A stretch of 64,000 bases of DNA from Octopus sinensis (taxonomy: Eukaryota). Below the pieces are notes generated by a model. That model saw only the letters and a list, made by a program, of their open reading frames with translations, made no database searches and was not told the DNA's origin. How positions within the stretch are numbered: the stretch's first letter is position 1; each line of letters starts with the position of its first letter. The position numbers were made by a program, and so were the translations under genes. The stretch spans positions 84,072,001 to 84,136,000 of the forward strand of contig NC_043001.1 in the NCBI RefSeq assembly GCF_006345805.1. The letters run 5' to 3'. Positions 1 to 12,519 of the stretch are shown here, piece by piece.

Positions 1-589
1 TCTGATGTGGTTGTGAAGCTGCTTGTACTGATGGCTGTGGTGGTGGTGGTGGTGGTGGTGGTGGGATGACGGTGGCGGTGTAGCGAAGCTGGCAGTGTTA
101 GTGGTAGTAGTAGTAGTAGTAGTAGTGGTAGCGGTGGCGATGGTGGTGCTACTGCTACTGTTGTTGTTGTGGTAACGCTGATGGTGTTGGTGTTGGTGTT
201 GGCGGCGGCGTTACTGCTTCAGTTTACGGAGACGACGCGGTTGGCGACGGCAGTTTTTTTTTTTTCTTCCTTTTTTTTTTTTATATTACAATGGCATGGA
301 TGGAGCGATGGTGGCCCTGCTGCAGTAATGAGGTTATTGCCGTTTTTACTGTTGTTGTCGTTGGTAAGTCAGCTAAGTCAAAATGATGATGATGGTGGTG
401 GTGGTGGTGGTGGTGGTGGTGGTAGAGATGGTTTCTCTTTATAGTATAGGAGGTAGTGGCGGTGGTCCTGCTCTCTAGTAAAATGGTCAAAAGTGGCGGT
501 GCTGGTGGTGGTGGTTGTTACTATGGCAGTGGTAGTAGTGAAGAGTTTTATTTTGGGAGAGTGATGGTGGCGGTGATAGTGGCTTTGCT

Positions 590-624
<35 letters not shown>

Positions 625-720
625 GTTGTTGTTGTTGTTGCTGTTTTTGTTGTTAGATGGAAAAGATCCTTATTATTATTGTTGTTATTATTAGTGATGC
701 TTACTGCAGTAATAGCAACT

Positions 721-752
<32 letters not shown>

Positions 753-783
753 GGTGGTGGTAGTAGTAGTAGTAGTACTGGTG

Positions 784-823
<40 letters not shown>

Positions 824-1305
824 ATGAGATGGTGGTGGTGGTAGTAGTAGTAATAGTAGTAGTGGTGGTGGTGGTGGTGGTGGTGGTGGTGGTGGCGGTG
901 AGACTTGTTCTATGGTAAGATGGGCGAAAGTGGTGGTGGTGGTGGTGGTGGTGGTTACGCTATCATCGTAGCATCAGCAGCAGCAGCAGCATCGTCAGCA
1001 TCAGTAGCAGCAAAAGCGGAAGCTGCCGTGGCTGCAGCAGCTACAGCGGTGGTGGTGGTGGTGGTGGTGGTGGTGTAGCTCGTGCCGTGGTAATGATGCT
1101 GGTAAAGATGGAGATGGCGATACCTGTAGTAATAGTAGAAGCACTAATGGTGTTGTTGTTGTTGGTGGTGGTGGTCGTGGTGTGAATGGTTTTGTTGATA
1201 TTGTTGCTACTGTCGCCGTGTTGCTTTGACAGCAGTGCTTGCTGCTGCTGCTGCTGTTGTTGCTGTTGCAGCCGCCACTGTTGTGGGGGCGGTGGTTGTT
1301 GTTGC
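1..1305. repeat. Compound trinucleotide microsatellite/low-complexity tract (GGT/TAG/TAT/GCA/GTT)n
   Basis: Directly visible tandem triplets; explains the poly-V/L/G/Q/H ORFs. Confidence 0.95.
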
Positions 1306-1522
1306 AGGCGCACTGGCAGAATGGTTAGCGCGCCGGACGAAATGCTTAGCGGCGTTTCGTCCGTCCTTACGTTCTGAGTTCAAATTCCGCTGAGGTTGAC
1401 TTTGCCTTCCATCCTATCGTGGTCGATAAATTAAGTACCAATCAAGTTCTGGGGGGGGGGGGTGATGTGATAGACCATCCCCTTCCCCTCAAATTCCAGG
1501 CCTTGTGCCTTTTGTAGAAAGG

Positions 1523-1525
<3 letters not shown>
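1306..1525 (+). mobile_element. tRNA-headed SINE family A (short-tail variant)
   Basis: A-box-like tggcagaatggtt, B-box-like gagttcaaattcc, body gactttgccttccatcct..gtcgataaattaagtacc shared with about 20 copies in window. Confidence 0.85.
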
Positions 1526-1563
<38 letters not shown>

Positions 1564-1564
<1 letters not shown>

Positions 1565-2420
1565 GAGTGAGAGAGTAGTGCATGCCATCAAAGTGACACT
1601 GGAATAAAATATACGAAGCCCAGTATACCCATCATGACTACCCGTCTGATAAGGGTACACCAGGCACATGCATCACAACCATATGTGCGGGACATGGTGA
1701 TCTCATATCAAGATAAACAGCGCATGACCTTGCAGATGCGGCCCAGTTAGAATTTTCTTTTGGTCGAGTTGCCCATCCTGCTCAAAAGGTTCCTGGATAA
1801 GAATTGTTTAAGGATGTTGAATGAACCATGCATGTTTCCAAGGGTGAATTATCCAAACCTCTAAGAATTCCTTTCAACACATGGCTCTGATGATCACCCA
1901 CTACTTCTGAATCATGATCAGAGATGCCCATATCGTCAGCCACTAAGGGACATGGTCAACTGGTTAAGGTCAAACAACTGACAAGCAAATCTGTGGTATT
2001 GAGCAGAATATTTGCTGAAGCCCATCTTACCATATTATTATTATTATTATTATTATTGATTGTGAGAGCAGTGCATGTCATCTAAGTGACACTGGGGTAA
2101 AATATACGAAGCCCAGTATACCCATCATGACTACCCGTCTGATAAGTGTACACCAGGCACATGCATCCCAAACATATGTGCGCGACATGGTGATCTCATA
2201 TCAAGATAAACAGTGCATAACCTTGCAGGTGGGGCCCAATTAGAATTTTACTCTGGTCGGGTAACCTATCTCGCTCAAAAGGTCCCTGAATAAGGATTGT
2301 TTAAGGATGTTGAACGAACCACCCATGTTTCCAAAGGTGAATTATCCAAACCTCTAAGAATTCCTTTCAACTCAATGCTATGATGCTCTCCCACTACTTC
2401 TGCTTGTGATCAGAGATGCC
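1564..2420 (-). mobile_element. Two tandem copies (1564-2030, 2057-2420) of unclassified repeat family F, probably a retroelement 3' end with (AAT)n tail
   Basis: Two similar copies, each abutting (TAT)n; further pieces at 5891-5921 and 58596-58735 (opposite strand). Confidence 0.7.
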
Positions 2421-2619
2421 AACAAATAAAAAGCAGTAACCCCCGCCCACCAAAGCAATCAAAATCACCCGAAAACCACAACAACACACCAACACCCATG
2501 CTTCTAACATCTTCACCAACACCACCAATACCAACACCACAAGCCCAACAGGGTCAACACAAAAAGTAAACGAAAAAAACTTGCCGCCATAAACATAGAC
2601 AACACAAACTTACTATTAT

Positions 2620-2931
2620 TTTTTTTTTTCCCCTTTTCAAGCCTAGCCAGGTTCATGGGCCCGGTTTCCCGGTTTCTGTGGCGTATGTGTTCCCCCCAGC
2701 TGGACGGACGCCAGTCCATCACAGCGTTACTCAAGAAACAGGAAGAGAGAGTGAGAGACGGTTGTGGCGAAAGATTACAACAGGGGTCACCACCAGCCCC
2801 TGCCGGAGCCTCGTGAAGCTTTTAGGTGTTTTCACTCAATAAACACACACAACGCCTGGTCTGGGAATTGAAACCGCGATCCTCCAACCGCGAGTCCGCT
2901 GCCCTAACCTCTGGGCCATTGCGCCTCCACT
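2620..2931 (-). mobile_element. tRNA-headed SINE family C, tail type 1, with poly(A) and 14-bp TSD
   Basis: Minus-strand head gtggaggcgcaatggcccagaggttagggcagcggac; TSD aaacttactattat at 2606-2619 and 2932-2945; T-run 2620-2629. Confidence 0.85.
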
Positions 2932-3219
2932 AAACTTACTATTATGCACAAAGAAAAATACAGACATCATCCACCACGGATAACTACACACACACCACCA
3001 CTAAACACACAGATACTTCAAATACATAGAGCAACATAAAATCCAAATTTCCACAGGCAGTTGGAGGCTTCAACACGAAAGCGTGCTGGATCCTCTATAA
3101 ATCCTTGGTCATGGAGACCACCACACCCCACTTAAGGAGCGAGACATCTGCCCCGCTCCCACCCCAGAGTGCTAACGGTAAGTAGTCCTCTCCTTTTTTT
3201 CTCCTTGCTAGCTACTCAA

Positions 3220-3985
3220 ATGGTCAAGCTCAAAATAGGTTGCATAAATGTACGTGACCTTGGGTCCCCTTGGAAACAAGGTCACCTACTCAACGACCTC
3301 AGGTCACGAGGAATAGACGTAATAGTCATTACTGAATCCAGACTAACTGACCTGTGAGCTTTCATGCCCATTTTCAATGACTACGAGATCTACGCATCTC
3401 TGTGTCAGCGGGGAATGGGAGGTGGGGGTACCGCGGTATTGTTTCGGAAAGGTCTGGATTTCAAAATAAGGTCAGTTTTCTTAGACCTAGAAGGTAAGCT
3501 GATGGTCCTGGACGAGAACGGTAGCAACGGTGGGTGCCTTCAGACTGGTGGCTGTTTACGCCTCGACAGGTGCAGGACAGTCGGAATACTTCAGGCGTCT
3601 TGAGGTCTTCCTGGATACGTCCCTACCTTTAGTGTTAGTGGGCGATTTCAACGCCATCTCAGATGCACAATTGGATTGTGTAGGGCTAGCCGATAGTAAA
3701 GGGAGTTGTAAAAGCCTTTCAAACCTGCTCAGACATTTTCAATTGTCTGACAGGTATCAACTGGATTTCGCAAATGTGCCAATGTGAACATGGGCAAACC
3801 GCATCGGAACATCCAGATCGTATCTAGATGCTTGCCTCTTTTAGGCATTTTCTTTGTTATATTTTTTTTTGTTATCGACTTTTTACACGACACTTTATGA
3901 AACACCACTTTGTCCTTCATGTTTTGTAATGTCCAATCTTATTTTTGTTGGCCCTTGTGGTTAATAAAGACAGGATTATTATCAT
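3220..3985 (+). pseudogene. Decayed L1/Tx1-clade non-LTR retrotransposon: ORF2 APE endonuclease joined to a 3' tail (RT missing)
   Basis: Spliced translation KIGCINVR..VITES..GGTAVLFRK..LVAVYA..LVGDFNA..TW..SRSYLD gives APE motifs with stops/frameshift; then AATAAA at 3963 and short (TTA) tail. Confidence 0.85.
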
Positions 3986-4439
3986 CTACTATAATAATAC
4001 TCTTGTGTTTTTGTCCGCCACAACATATGAATGTGAGAGGAAGGGGTGATGGCAAATTGTTACTGGGAGCTTTTCAACTCTGTGTGAGTATTTGTGTGTG
4101 TATGTAAAAGTTAGGTATGTGAATGTGTGTGTGTGTGTGCAATGGAAGTGTAATGATGAACGTTGAACACTGAAAAGAAAACTCAAACAGCGTTTCAACT
4201 CTGTGTGAGTATATGTGTGTATGTGTGTGCGTGTACAAGGGAAGTATGTGAATGTTTGTATGTGTGAGCCAGCGTTCTTTCAGTAACAAACGATGATTGA
4301 TGTCACATCTCAAAAGACAACCACTAGATAACATGGTCAGGTGTATTAATTTGATTTACCATCCATATTTATATATAAAATGCTACAATTAGTAGTAATT
4401 TTTGACGGCACGGGGCCAGCTAGTTATTATTATAAACAT

Positions 4440-5355
4440 GATGAGCTGGCAGAATCATTCGTACGCCGGGCAAAATGCTTCGCGGCATTTCGTCCGTTTT
4501 TACGTTCTGAGTTTAAATTCCGCCGAGCCCCGCTTTGCCTTTGATTCTTTCAGGGTCGAGGAAATAAGCACTAGTTGAACACTGGCACCGATGTAATCGA
4601 CTTCCCTCGGAATTGCTGGCCTTGTGCTAAAATTTGAAACCATTATTATCATTATTCTTTACTACTCTAAGCACAAGGCCCGAAATTTTGGGGGAGGGTA
4701 CCAGTGGATTAGATCGACCACAGTGCGTAACTGGTACTTAATTTATCGACCCCGAAAGGATGAAAGGCAAAGTCGACCTCGGCGGAATTCGAACTCAGAA
4801 CGTAACGGCAGACGAAATACGGCTACGCATTTCGCCCGGCGTGCTAACATTTCTGCCAGCTCATCGTCTTAAGAAAGAAATAATTTACATTCCTTTATTG
4901 CCCACAGGGGGCTAAACATAGAGGGGACAAACAAGGACAGAGAAACGGATTAAGTCGATTACATCGTCCCTAGTGCGTAACTGGTACTTATTTAATCGAC
5001 TCCAAAAGGATGAAAGGCAAAGTCGACCTCGGCGGAATTTGAACTCAGAACGTAACGGCAGAGGAAATAATACTAAGCATTTCGCCCGGCGTGCTAACGA
5101 TTCTGCCAACTCGCCGCCCTCTTGTACCTAATTATTATGAAAGCGGCGAGCTAGCAGAATCGTCAGCATAAGGAACAAAATACTGAGTGACACTTCATCC
5201 GTCTTCGTGTTCTGAGTTCAAATGGCGCCAAGGTCAATTTTGCCTTTCATCCTTTCGGAATCGTTGAGATAAGTACCAGTTGATCTCTGGAGGTCGATGT
5301 AATCGTCTTGCTCCTTCCCCTCTGAAATTTCTGGCCTTGTGCCTATATTAAAAAG
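4440..5355. mobile_element. Cluster of four SINE-A copies (4440-4645 +, 4660-4868 -, 4888-5118 -, 5143-5355 +)
   Basis: Repeated gttctgagttcaaattccgccgaggtcgactttgcctttcatcc core on both strands. Confidence 0.85.
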
Positions 5356-5625
5356 CAGTTATAATTGTTATTCTTGTTGCTGTATTTTCGTGTTATTGTT
5401 TAGTCTCACGTCAGTCTTGAAGGGACCAAACATATGATCAAACATATTCCAGCCATGACAATCCCGTTTTTCTTTTGTTCTTTTCACCTATTTGGCGGCA
5501 ACCCAGGTCCATATTATTGAATGTAACTTTCAAAACAGGAGAGTGTGATCTGAGGGAGTTTGGGCTGCTGCTGCTGCTGTTGCTGTTGCAGCCGCCACTG
5601 TTGTGGGGGCGGTGGTTGTTGTTGC

Positions 5626-5837
5626 AGGCGCACTGGCAGAATGGTTAGAGCGCCGGACGAAATGCTTAGCGGCGTTTCGCCCGTCCTTACGTTCTGAGTT
5701 CAAATTCCGCTGAGGTCGACATTTGCCTTCCATCCTTTCGAGGTCGATAAATTGAGTACCAATCAAGTTCTGGAGGTCGATGTGATCGACCATCTCTTTC
5801 TCCTCAAATTCGAGGCCTTGTGCCTTTTGCAGAAGGG

Positions 5838-5891
<54 letters not shown>

Positions 5892-6108
5892 GAGTGAGAG
5901 AGCAGTGCATGCCATCAAAGTATGGATATGGTGACCATAGTGGTGGTAGCAGATGTTATTACTATGACAGTAACACTGATTATTATTCTTTTTTGCTCTA
6001 GGCACAAGGCCCGAAATTTTGGGGGAGGGGGCCAGTCGATTAGATCCACCCCAGGACGCAACTGGTACTTCATTTATCGACCCTGAAGGGATGAAAGGCA
6101 AGTTGACC
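5626..6108. mobile_element. SINE-A copies (5626-5840 +; 5995-6108 -, partial)
   Basis: Same family-A core. Confidence 0.8.
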
Positions 6109-7287
6109 TGTTGTTGTTGTTGCCAAGGTACTAGTTTTAGTAGTGGCTATAGTGATTTTTATAGCATTAGTGGTTGCAGTTGTTCCGGTGGTAGTTGTTA
6201 TTGTGGTAGTGTTAGTAGTAGCGGTAACTTTGGAGGTCGTTATTGTTCCTAGTGTTGGTGGTTGTTGTTATAGTAGTAGTAGTAGTAGTAGAAGTAGTGG
6301 TGGTGGTGGTGGTGGTGGTGGTGGTGGTGGTGGTGGTGGTAGTAGTGGTGGCAGTCGTAGTAGTATTAGTGGTAGTGATGATGATAGTAATAGTTGTGGT
6401 TCTTGTTGAGGAAGTGTTTGCTGTTATGGCAGTAGTTGTAGTGGTTGCTGTAGTGGTTTTATCGTATTGGTGGTCGTTATTATTGTTCTAGTGTCGGCAG
6501 TTGTTATAGCAGCGGCAGCAGCAGCAGCAGCAGTAGTAGTAAAGTAGTAGTAGTAGTAGTAGTAGTGATGGTGATGATGGGGGTGATAGTTATTGTTATA
6601 GTAATAGCTAAAGTGATGGTGGTGGTGGTGGTGGTGGTAGTGGTGGTAGTTGATTTAGTAGTATTAATTATAATTATGATGAGACTAAAACCGTTGTTGT
6701 TTAGCCACCACACCCTCCAAGTCAACCTTGATCGAAGAGGTTAACTTTTAATCAAAAGCCTGCCAAGTATGACCACCCCATCTGTTTAGCAGACGTCTAG
6801 GAAACTACATTATCCAAGACAACAAAAGTGCAGTTGTTATTGCTATTACTTACTGCCTCATCTGAATTTAGCCCCGACCGAGTAACTTCAACATCAAAGA
6901 CGCTCCAAATATGACGATCCCATCATGTTTTCAGACGAGGTTGTCAGCTGCTATTCCTGTTGTTTTGCTGTTCGTGATGGGGCCCGTTGTTGTTACTATT
7001 GCTGCTGCTACTACTACTACTGCTGCTGCTGCTGTTGTCGTTGTTGCTGTTGTTGTTGTTATTGTCGTTGTAGTCGTTGTTTCTCTTGTTGCGTCGTTTA
7101 GCAACCAGGTCAGGCTTGATCGAGCACACCTATGATAAAAAGCACCCAGCTGTGACCATTTCGTCATTTTTGTGTTTTTGTTGGTTTTGTTTTTTGTTCA
7201 TACATGACTGTGTGGTAAGACGCTTACTTTCAAACCACATGGTCCCGGATTCAGACCCACTGTGTGTGGCACGTTAGGCAAGACTTC

Positions 7288-7334
<47 letters not shown>

Positions 7335-7335
<1 letters not shown>

Positions 7336-7530
7336 CGGGAAGGTTTACGAAAATAAACAAAAGACGAAGGCAGGTGGAGTACAAACAAGCAAATGCATTA
7401 GTATGGCGCTCAGAAATAGAAATAGAACAAGTCGTTTACGTTTCGAGCCTACGCTCTTCGACAGAAAGATACACAGAAAAAAAAAAAAGCAAGGAGAGAA
7501 AAAAATGCGTGTAGGAGCTAACGATCTATC
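7335..7530 (-). mobile_element. About 200-bp (TA)n-anchored element carrying a minimal hammerhead-like motif (7433-7468); relative at 49636-49815
   Basis: Minus strand cttt-CTGTCGA-a-GAGC gtag GCTC-GAAA-cg-TA-aacg; core has an A6U change. Confidence 0.55.
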
Positions 7531-7539
7531 ATATGTATA

Positions 7540-8096
7540 TAATATACTGCCACGCTTTTTGATGGAATCCTTTTCTGTAGAGAAAGGGACTTCATCCTAT
7601 ATTGTTAGTAGTAAACTCACTGCTTGTTACAAGGGGACCGGTAACCATTACAATATGTAGCGGCGAAAGGTCAACACGTTGTTCTGAAACTGACCAAGGA
7701 ATTTTTATTTTTAGATATAAATGATGTACTTAAATTTAGTTATGTTTTTAGCTTCTGCTTTTTCCATGATCACATGTGAGTATTTTATTTATATTCCCTC
7801 GTAAGCTCTACTGAAGAAGAATGTATCCTTTATAGGATTAATTCTGAAATTGATTCAATATAGAGATAACGAAATTTAAATTTTCTAAAGCTTAGTTGCC
7901 CGCTTTCAGTTCAATTTTCCTGTAACAAGTGGATTATAAGTGGATAAAGCAGTGTATTGGCTTTAGAATAACACTCTTTAGCCCTTAATTATAAGATGTT
8001 TATACTTCAACCGTAAAGGTTTTTTTAATATACTGCCACGCTTTTTGATGGAATCCTTTTCTGTACAGAAAGGGACTTCATCCTATATTGTTAGTA

Positions 8097-8098
<2 letters not shown>
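7540..8098 (+). mobile_element. Retrozyme-like element with about 72-bp terminal direct repeats (7540-7612, 8027-8098) and an internal hammerhead
   Basis: aatatactgccacgctttttgatggaatcc...ttgttagtagta repeated with 1 mismatch about 487 bp apart; followed by (TA)n. Confidence 0.7.
7806..7865 (+). ncRNA. Type I hammerhead ribozyme motif (canonical core)
   Basis: Stem I CTCTA/TAGAG; CTGAAGA 7811-7817; stem II AGAAT..ATCCT/AGGAT..ATTCT; GAAA 7846-7849; stem III ATTG/CAAT; AUA cleavage triplet 7858-7860. Confidence 0.85.
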
Positions 8099-8168
<70 letters not shown>

Positions 8169-8198
8169 ATATATATATATATATATTATATATTATAT

Positions 8199-8308
<110 letters not shown>

Positions 8309-8320
8309 TTATATTATATA

Positions 8321-8352
<32 letters not shown>

Positions 8353-8508
8353 GGCGCAGGAGTGGCTGTGTGGTAAGTAGTTTGCTTACCAGCCACATGG
8401 TCCTGGGTCAGTCCCACTGCGTGGAACCTTGGGCAAATATCTTCTACTACAGCCTCGGACCAACCAAAGCCTTGTGAGTGGATTTAGTAGACGGAAACTG
8501 AAAGATCG

Positions 8509-8510
<2 letters not shown>
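8353..8510 (+). mobile_element. tRNA-headed SINE family B, 5' part
   Basis: ggcgcaggagtggctgtgtggtaag..ccttgggcaa..gacggaaactgaaaga, shared with about 18 copies. Confidence 0.85.
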
Positions 8511-8566
<56 letters not shown>

Positions 8567-9032
8567 CTAATAGCGACAAAAGCAGTAATGAATAGAAAAA
8601 GTAATCTTTAATCTCCAGTTTAATGAGGAGGATGTGCTAAAACACAGAATACTGCGTTATTTATGGTGAGAGGATCTCTCATAAGGGCTCGTGGTTTGTA
8701 AAATTACATCGTTGACAGACGATCGTTTGCTGCCATATCACGTGATTTCACCTTACTATGGGTTCCTCTGTGACATACGTTATGTTTTAATAAGCCTGCT
8801 GGCTATTTGTGACACTAATACCTGGACAGTTGCTAATATTCTATATATCGCTGACGGGAGATTCTGCTGTTATGTCATTCATGGACATGATTGAAACATA
8901 CATACATACATACTATATATATAGTGAGATGGACCTATGGACCTCTAAGGTCCTTACACATCAGATAAAAGATTCCTAGATTGTTTTATACCAGAATGTG
9001 ATTGAACAGGTGTACCTAAAAGTAGAATATGG

Positions 9033-9099
<67 letters not shown>

Positions 9100-9104
<5 letters not shown>

Positions 9105-9312
9105 ATCCAAACAAGAAAACACAAAAAAACAAAAAAAACACAACAACGCGAGGACATGGAACAAATAAAGTATTATTGGACGCTCAGGAAAGAAGGGAAG
9201 AAGGAGGGTTTAACGTTTCGAGCAGAGCTCTTCGTCGGAAACAAAGGAGAAGGAAAGATCCCGAGAAGGGAAGACAGAGGAGAAAAATCAGCAGCGGTAC
9301 TCACGAGGTCAC
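9100..9312 (-). mobile_element. About 210-bp (TA)n-anchored element with minimal hammerhead-like motif (9208-9242); close copies at 26927-27135 and 48505-48685
   Basis: Three near-identical copies with GTTT-CCGACGA-a-GAGC nnn GCTC-GAAA-cg-TT-AAAC. Confidence 0.7.
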
Positions 9313-9319
9313 ATACATA

Positions 9320-9381
<62 letters not shown>

Positions 9382-9434
9382 GCACACACACATATTATAT
9401 ATACATATATATGTACATAGACACACACACACAC

Positions 9435-9764
9435 TTTTATTCTTTTATTGGTTTGTGTTACTTTTGGGATTGCCATCATACTGGAGCATCACTTTAAAGG
9501 TTTTAGTCGAACAAATCGACCTCGGGATTTATTCTTTTCAAAGCCTAGTACTTATTCAATGAATATATTTTGTTGAACCGCTAAGTTACGGGGACGTAAA
9601 AACATCAACGTCCGTTGTCAAGCGGTGATGGGCGAGGGACAAACACAGGCACAAAGACACACAGACATAGATACATACATACATACATACATACATACAT
9701 ACATACATACATACATACATGCATACACACACACACACATACATATATATACACACACACACAC

Positions 9765-9802
<38 letters not shown>

Positions 9803-10025
9803 ATACACACACACGCACACACACACACACACATATGCATACATATACATATATATGGATGAAAACAGTTTGATTCAAATTCTTTGGTACATTAGAGTTT
9901 CTAGCGTGATGTTAGTCGTCAGCCATTTTAAATTTATATACATACATACATACATACATACATACACATATGAAGGGTTTCTTTCAGTTTCCGCCTTTTA
10001 AATCCACTCAGAAGGCTTTGGTCGT
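9435..10025 (-). mobile_element. SINE-B, expanded by microsatellites and interrupted by a hammerhead-like island (9885-9925)
   Basis: 3' half at 9435-9660 and central part at 9970-10025 match family B. Confidence 0.75.
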
Positions 10026-10093
10026 CCCGTGGCTATAATAGAAGTAAGATAGTTTATGTTCTCATTCATACCGCCTGTATGTTCTGAAAATGT

Positions 10094-10197
10094 AACTTCA
10101 TATTCAAGGCTCTGATGAAGCTATTGGATGTTATCCTGGTACTCAGCTAAGAGTCTACCACATCTTATAGCAGAAATAGCTGTAAGCTAATGAAGTT
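10094..10197 (+). ncRNA. Type I hammerhead-like motif
   Basis: Stem I GGCT/AGCT plus AACTTCA/TGAAGTT; CTGATGA 10112-10118; stem II GCTAT..GATGT/ACATC..ATAGC; GAAA 10173-10176; palindromic AGCT loop; GUA triplet; A10.1-A11.1 mismatch. Confidence 0.65.
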
Positions 10198-10893
10198 CAT
10201 TACATAACATTTGTTTTTTTCCGGTGTCATCTGCTTTTCCTATTTATATATGTATTCAGTGATTGGACAAAATGACGGCAACACCACTTTTTAAAACTGT
10301 TTTCTGTTGGTTATATGACAAACTCAAAGCTATTCTAGTCTGTATATATATATGTCCATTTGCGTAATGTATGACTTGTATTTCGTAGTATAGCCCTTTG
10401 TTTTCCCCTTTTCAGTAGATATTTATATTTAATAAATTAAATGTCTGATTTCTGAGGTGATAAATTGTAGGACCGCAAGTGATTGAAGCTTCAGTTACAA
10501 AAACTGTTGAATTATTTGAAATTTTGGAAAATACAGTCTCCAAAGTCTTTTTAGTATTTCCAGCCAAGGTAAAACCGGCTTCACTAAGTATAATTCAGGA
10601 CGGAAGGCAAAGCTCACGAAGAGAGACCAAAATATAATGAAACGCATTGTTTCCAAAATAAAAAAAATCAAACTATAGCAACAAAAGTGACAGCATGAGA
10701 TCCTTAAAGTTCGATACTGTTAGATGGCTGTAAATGCTAAACCCTACCCCGAACACTAACCCTAACCCCACAAACATTGGTTGGCGGTAAATATGGTATC
10801 TAGAGTATCAGAAGTGATTAATGGCTCAGTCAAAGAATGTCATCTCTGATTAAGCATCATTCATCCTTTTCCCCTGCTAAATTTTTTGCTAAT

Positions 10894-11037
10894 ATTTACG
10901 TCATTTACATTTGACGGATATTTGGCCTCATCTTGTTTGTTGTTAATACTACGTTTCGGCTGGCATACCCTCCAACATTCTTCAAGTGTCTCGGGGAAAT
11001 TTCGAACCTGGGTTCTCATTCCTAAGGTATTTTTCGA

Positions 11038-11077
<40 letters not shown>

Positions 11078-11244
11078 GTTGTTGTTGTTGTTAGCAACCA
11101 CTACGCCATATGCCCGTGGGCATATGGTATAATAGTTAAGAGCGCGGGCTACTAACCCCAAGATACCGAGTTCGATTCCAGGCAGTGATCTGAATAATAA
11201 TAATAATAGTAATAATAATAATACTAATAATAATAAAATAAGTA

Positions 11245-11307
<63 letters not shown>

Positions 11308-11451
11308 TCGAAAAATACCTTAGGAATGAGAACCCAGGTTCGAAATTTCCCCAAGACACCTGAAGAAGGCTGGAGGGTATATCAGCCGAAAAGTTGTGTT
11401 AACAACAAACAAGATGTGGACATATATCCGTCGAATGTAAATGGTGTAAAT
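10894..11451. mobile_element. Fold-back pair of a tRNA-headed, (AAT)n-containing, hammerhead-bearing element (family E)
   Basis: Inverted arms centred on catatgccc-gt-gggcatatg (about 11116); B-box gagttcgattcc at 11168; HHR-like motifs at 11355-11400 (+) and 10945-10990 (-); second locus at 56548-56730. Confidence 0.8.
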
Positions 11452-11934
11452 TATTTACTTTCTGTTGATGATATGAATATGTTTAAATATCTGACTTGCT
11501 GTTTATGCTTGAAGTCTATGGGGTCATCTGATGAGAACGGTTTTCTTTGTAATGATGCAATAGTTTCATTGATTAGTTAAAAGAGTCACTGGAAACGGCC
11601 TTAATAAACGGACACTTATACATCTTTGTTACTTATTTATATTTTACTCACCTACCCTGGAATCTGCACTTCGGAAGTAATTGGAAAGTATCTTTATATA
11701 AAGTACATATCTGAACAAATAAGTGCGGATTTATCCACTAAGTTGGAGCGTGCCATCTGCATTCACTGGATGAATATCAGGTGGAAAAAAATTCTGTGTA
11801 GAGTTTGATACTCACCTAATACTGTGTGAGTGTGCAAATAAGTTCGTCCGAACAAGGTGCCTCGATTTAAGTACCTAATTTAACTGAATCTAGATTACAT
11901 TATATATATATATATATTATATATATATATATAT

Positions 11935-12243
11935 ATCACCTTGATCACCTTGACCGACCAGTCCGTTAGGCGTCCATTTGACACCGCTGGTCACAGCACG
12001 CTGTCCACTCCTCTCTGAATCGCGCCTTTCTCATCCACGGGATCCCAATCGTCCTCCTGAAATCGTAATTCCACCGTCGTGGAGGTCTTCCGGGTGGTCT
12101 TTTCCGCTCGCGCGGGTACCACTCGACAACTGCGTGCGTCCACCGATTATAGTTGAGCCGGGCGACGTGTCCAGCCCATCTATACTTGCTGCGTGTATAC
12201 TCTGTGATGACATCTCTCACGCCGGACTTCTTTCTGATGATCT
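11935..12243 (-). pseudogene. RTE-clade LINE 3' end (RT C-terminus plus short-repeat tail), 5'-truncated
   Basis: ORF 11966-12220 KYRWAGHVARL..RWT..EWYPRERKRPPGRPPRRW is typical of the RTE ORF C-terminus; tail (caaggtgat)x2 into (TA)n. Confidence 0.85.
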
Positions 12244-12287
12244 CTATATATATCTTTCATCATCAGATCATCAGAAAGATATATATG

Positions 12288-12325
<38 letters not shown>

Positions 12326-12519
12326 GCATGTATGCATGTATGTATGTATGTATGTATGTATGTATGTATGTATGTATGTATATCGAAATTGCAATGATAA
12401 TCTGGAACTCGACTCAGGAAAGAAAACTCCGAATGACCTGTCCTTGTTTTCTTTGTATCGTCTATCTGGATGTTTTGCGTTCTTGTCCCATTTTGTATTA
12501 TATATATACACATATATAT

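Noticed and set aside
8353-8425. SINE heads as real tRNA genes
   Set aside because: A/B boxes are present, but I could not fold a complete cloverleaf, and each head runs into a SINE body
11523-11606. CTGATGA...GAAACGGCC candidate; similar weak ones at about 18766, 29563 and 30273
   Set aside because: Too many core or stem defects to separate from chance; at most old relics
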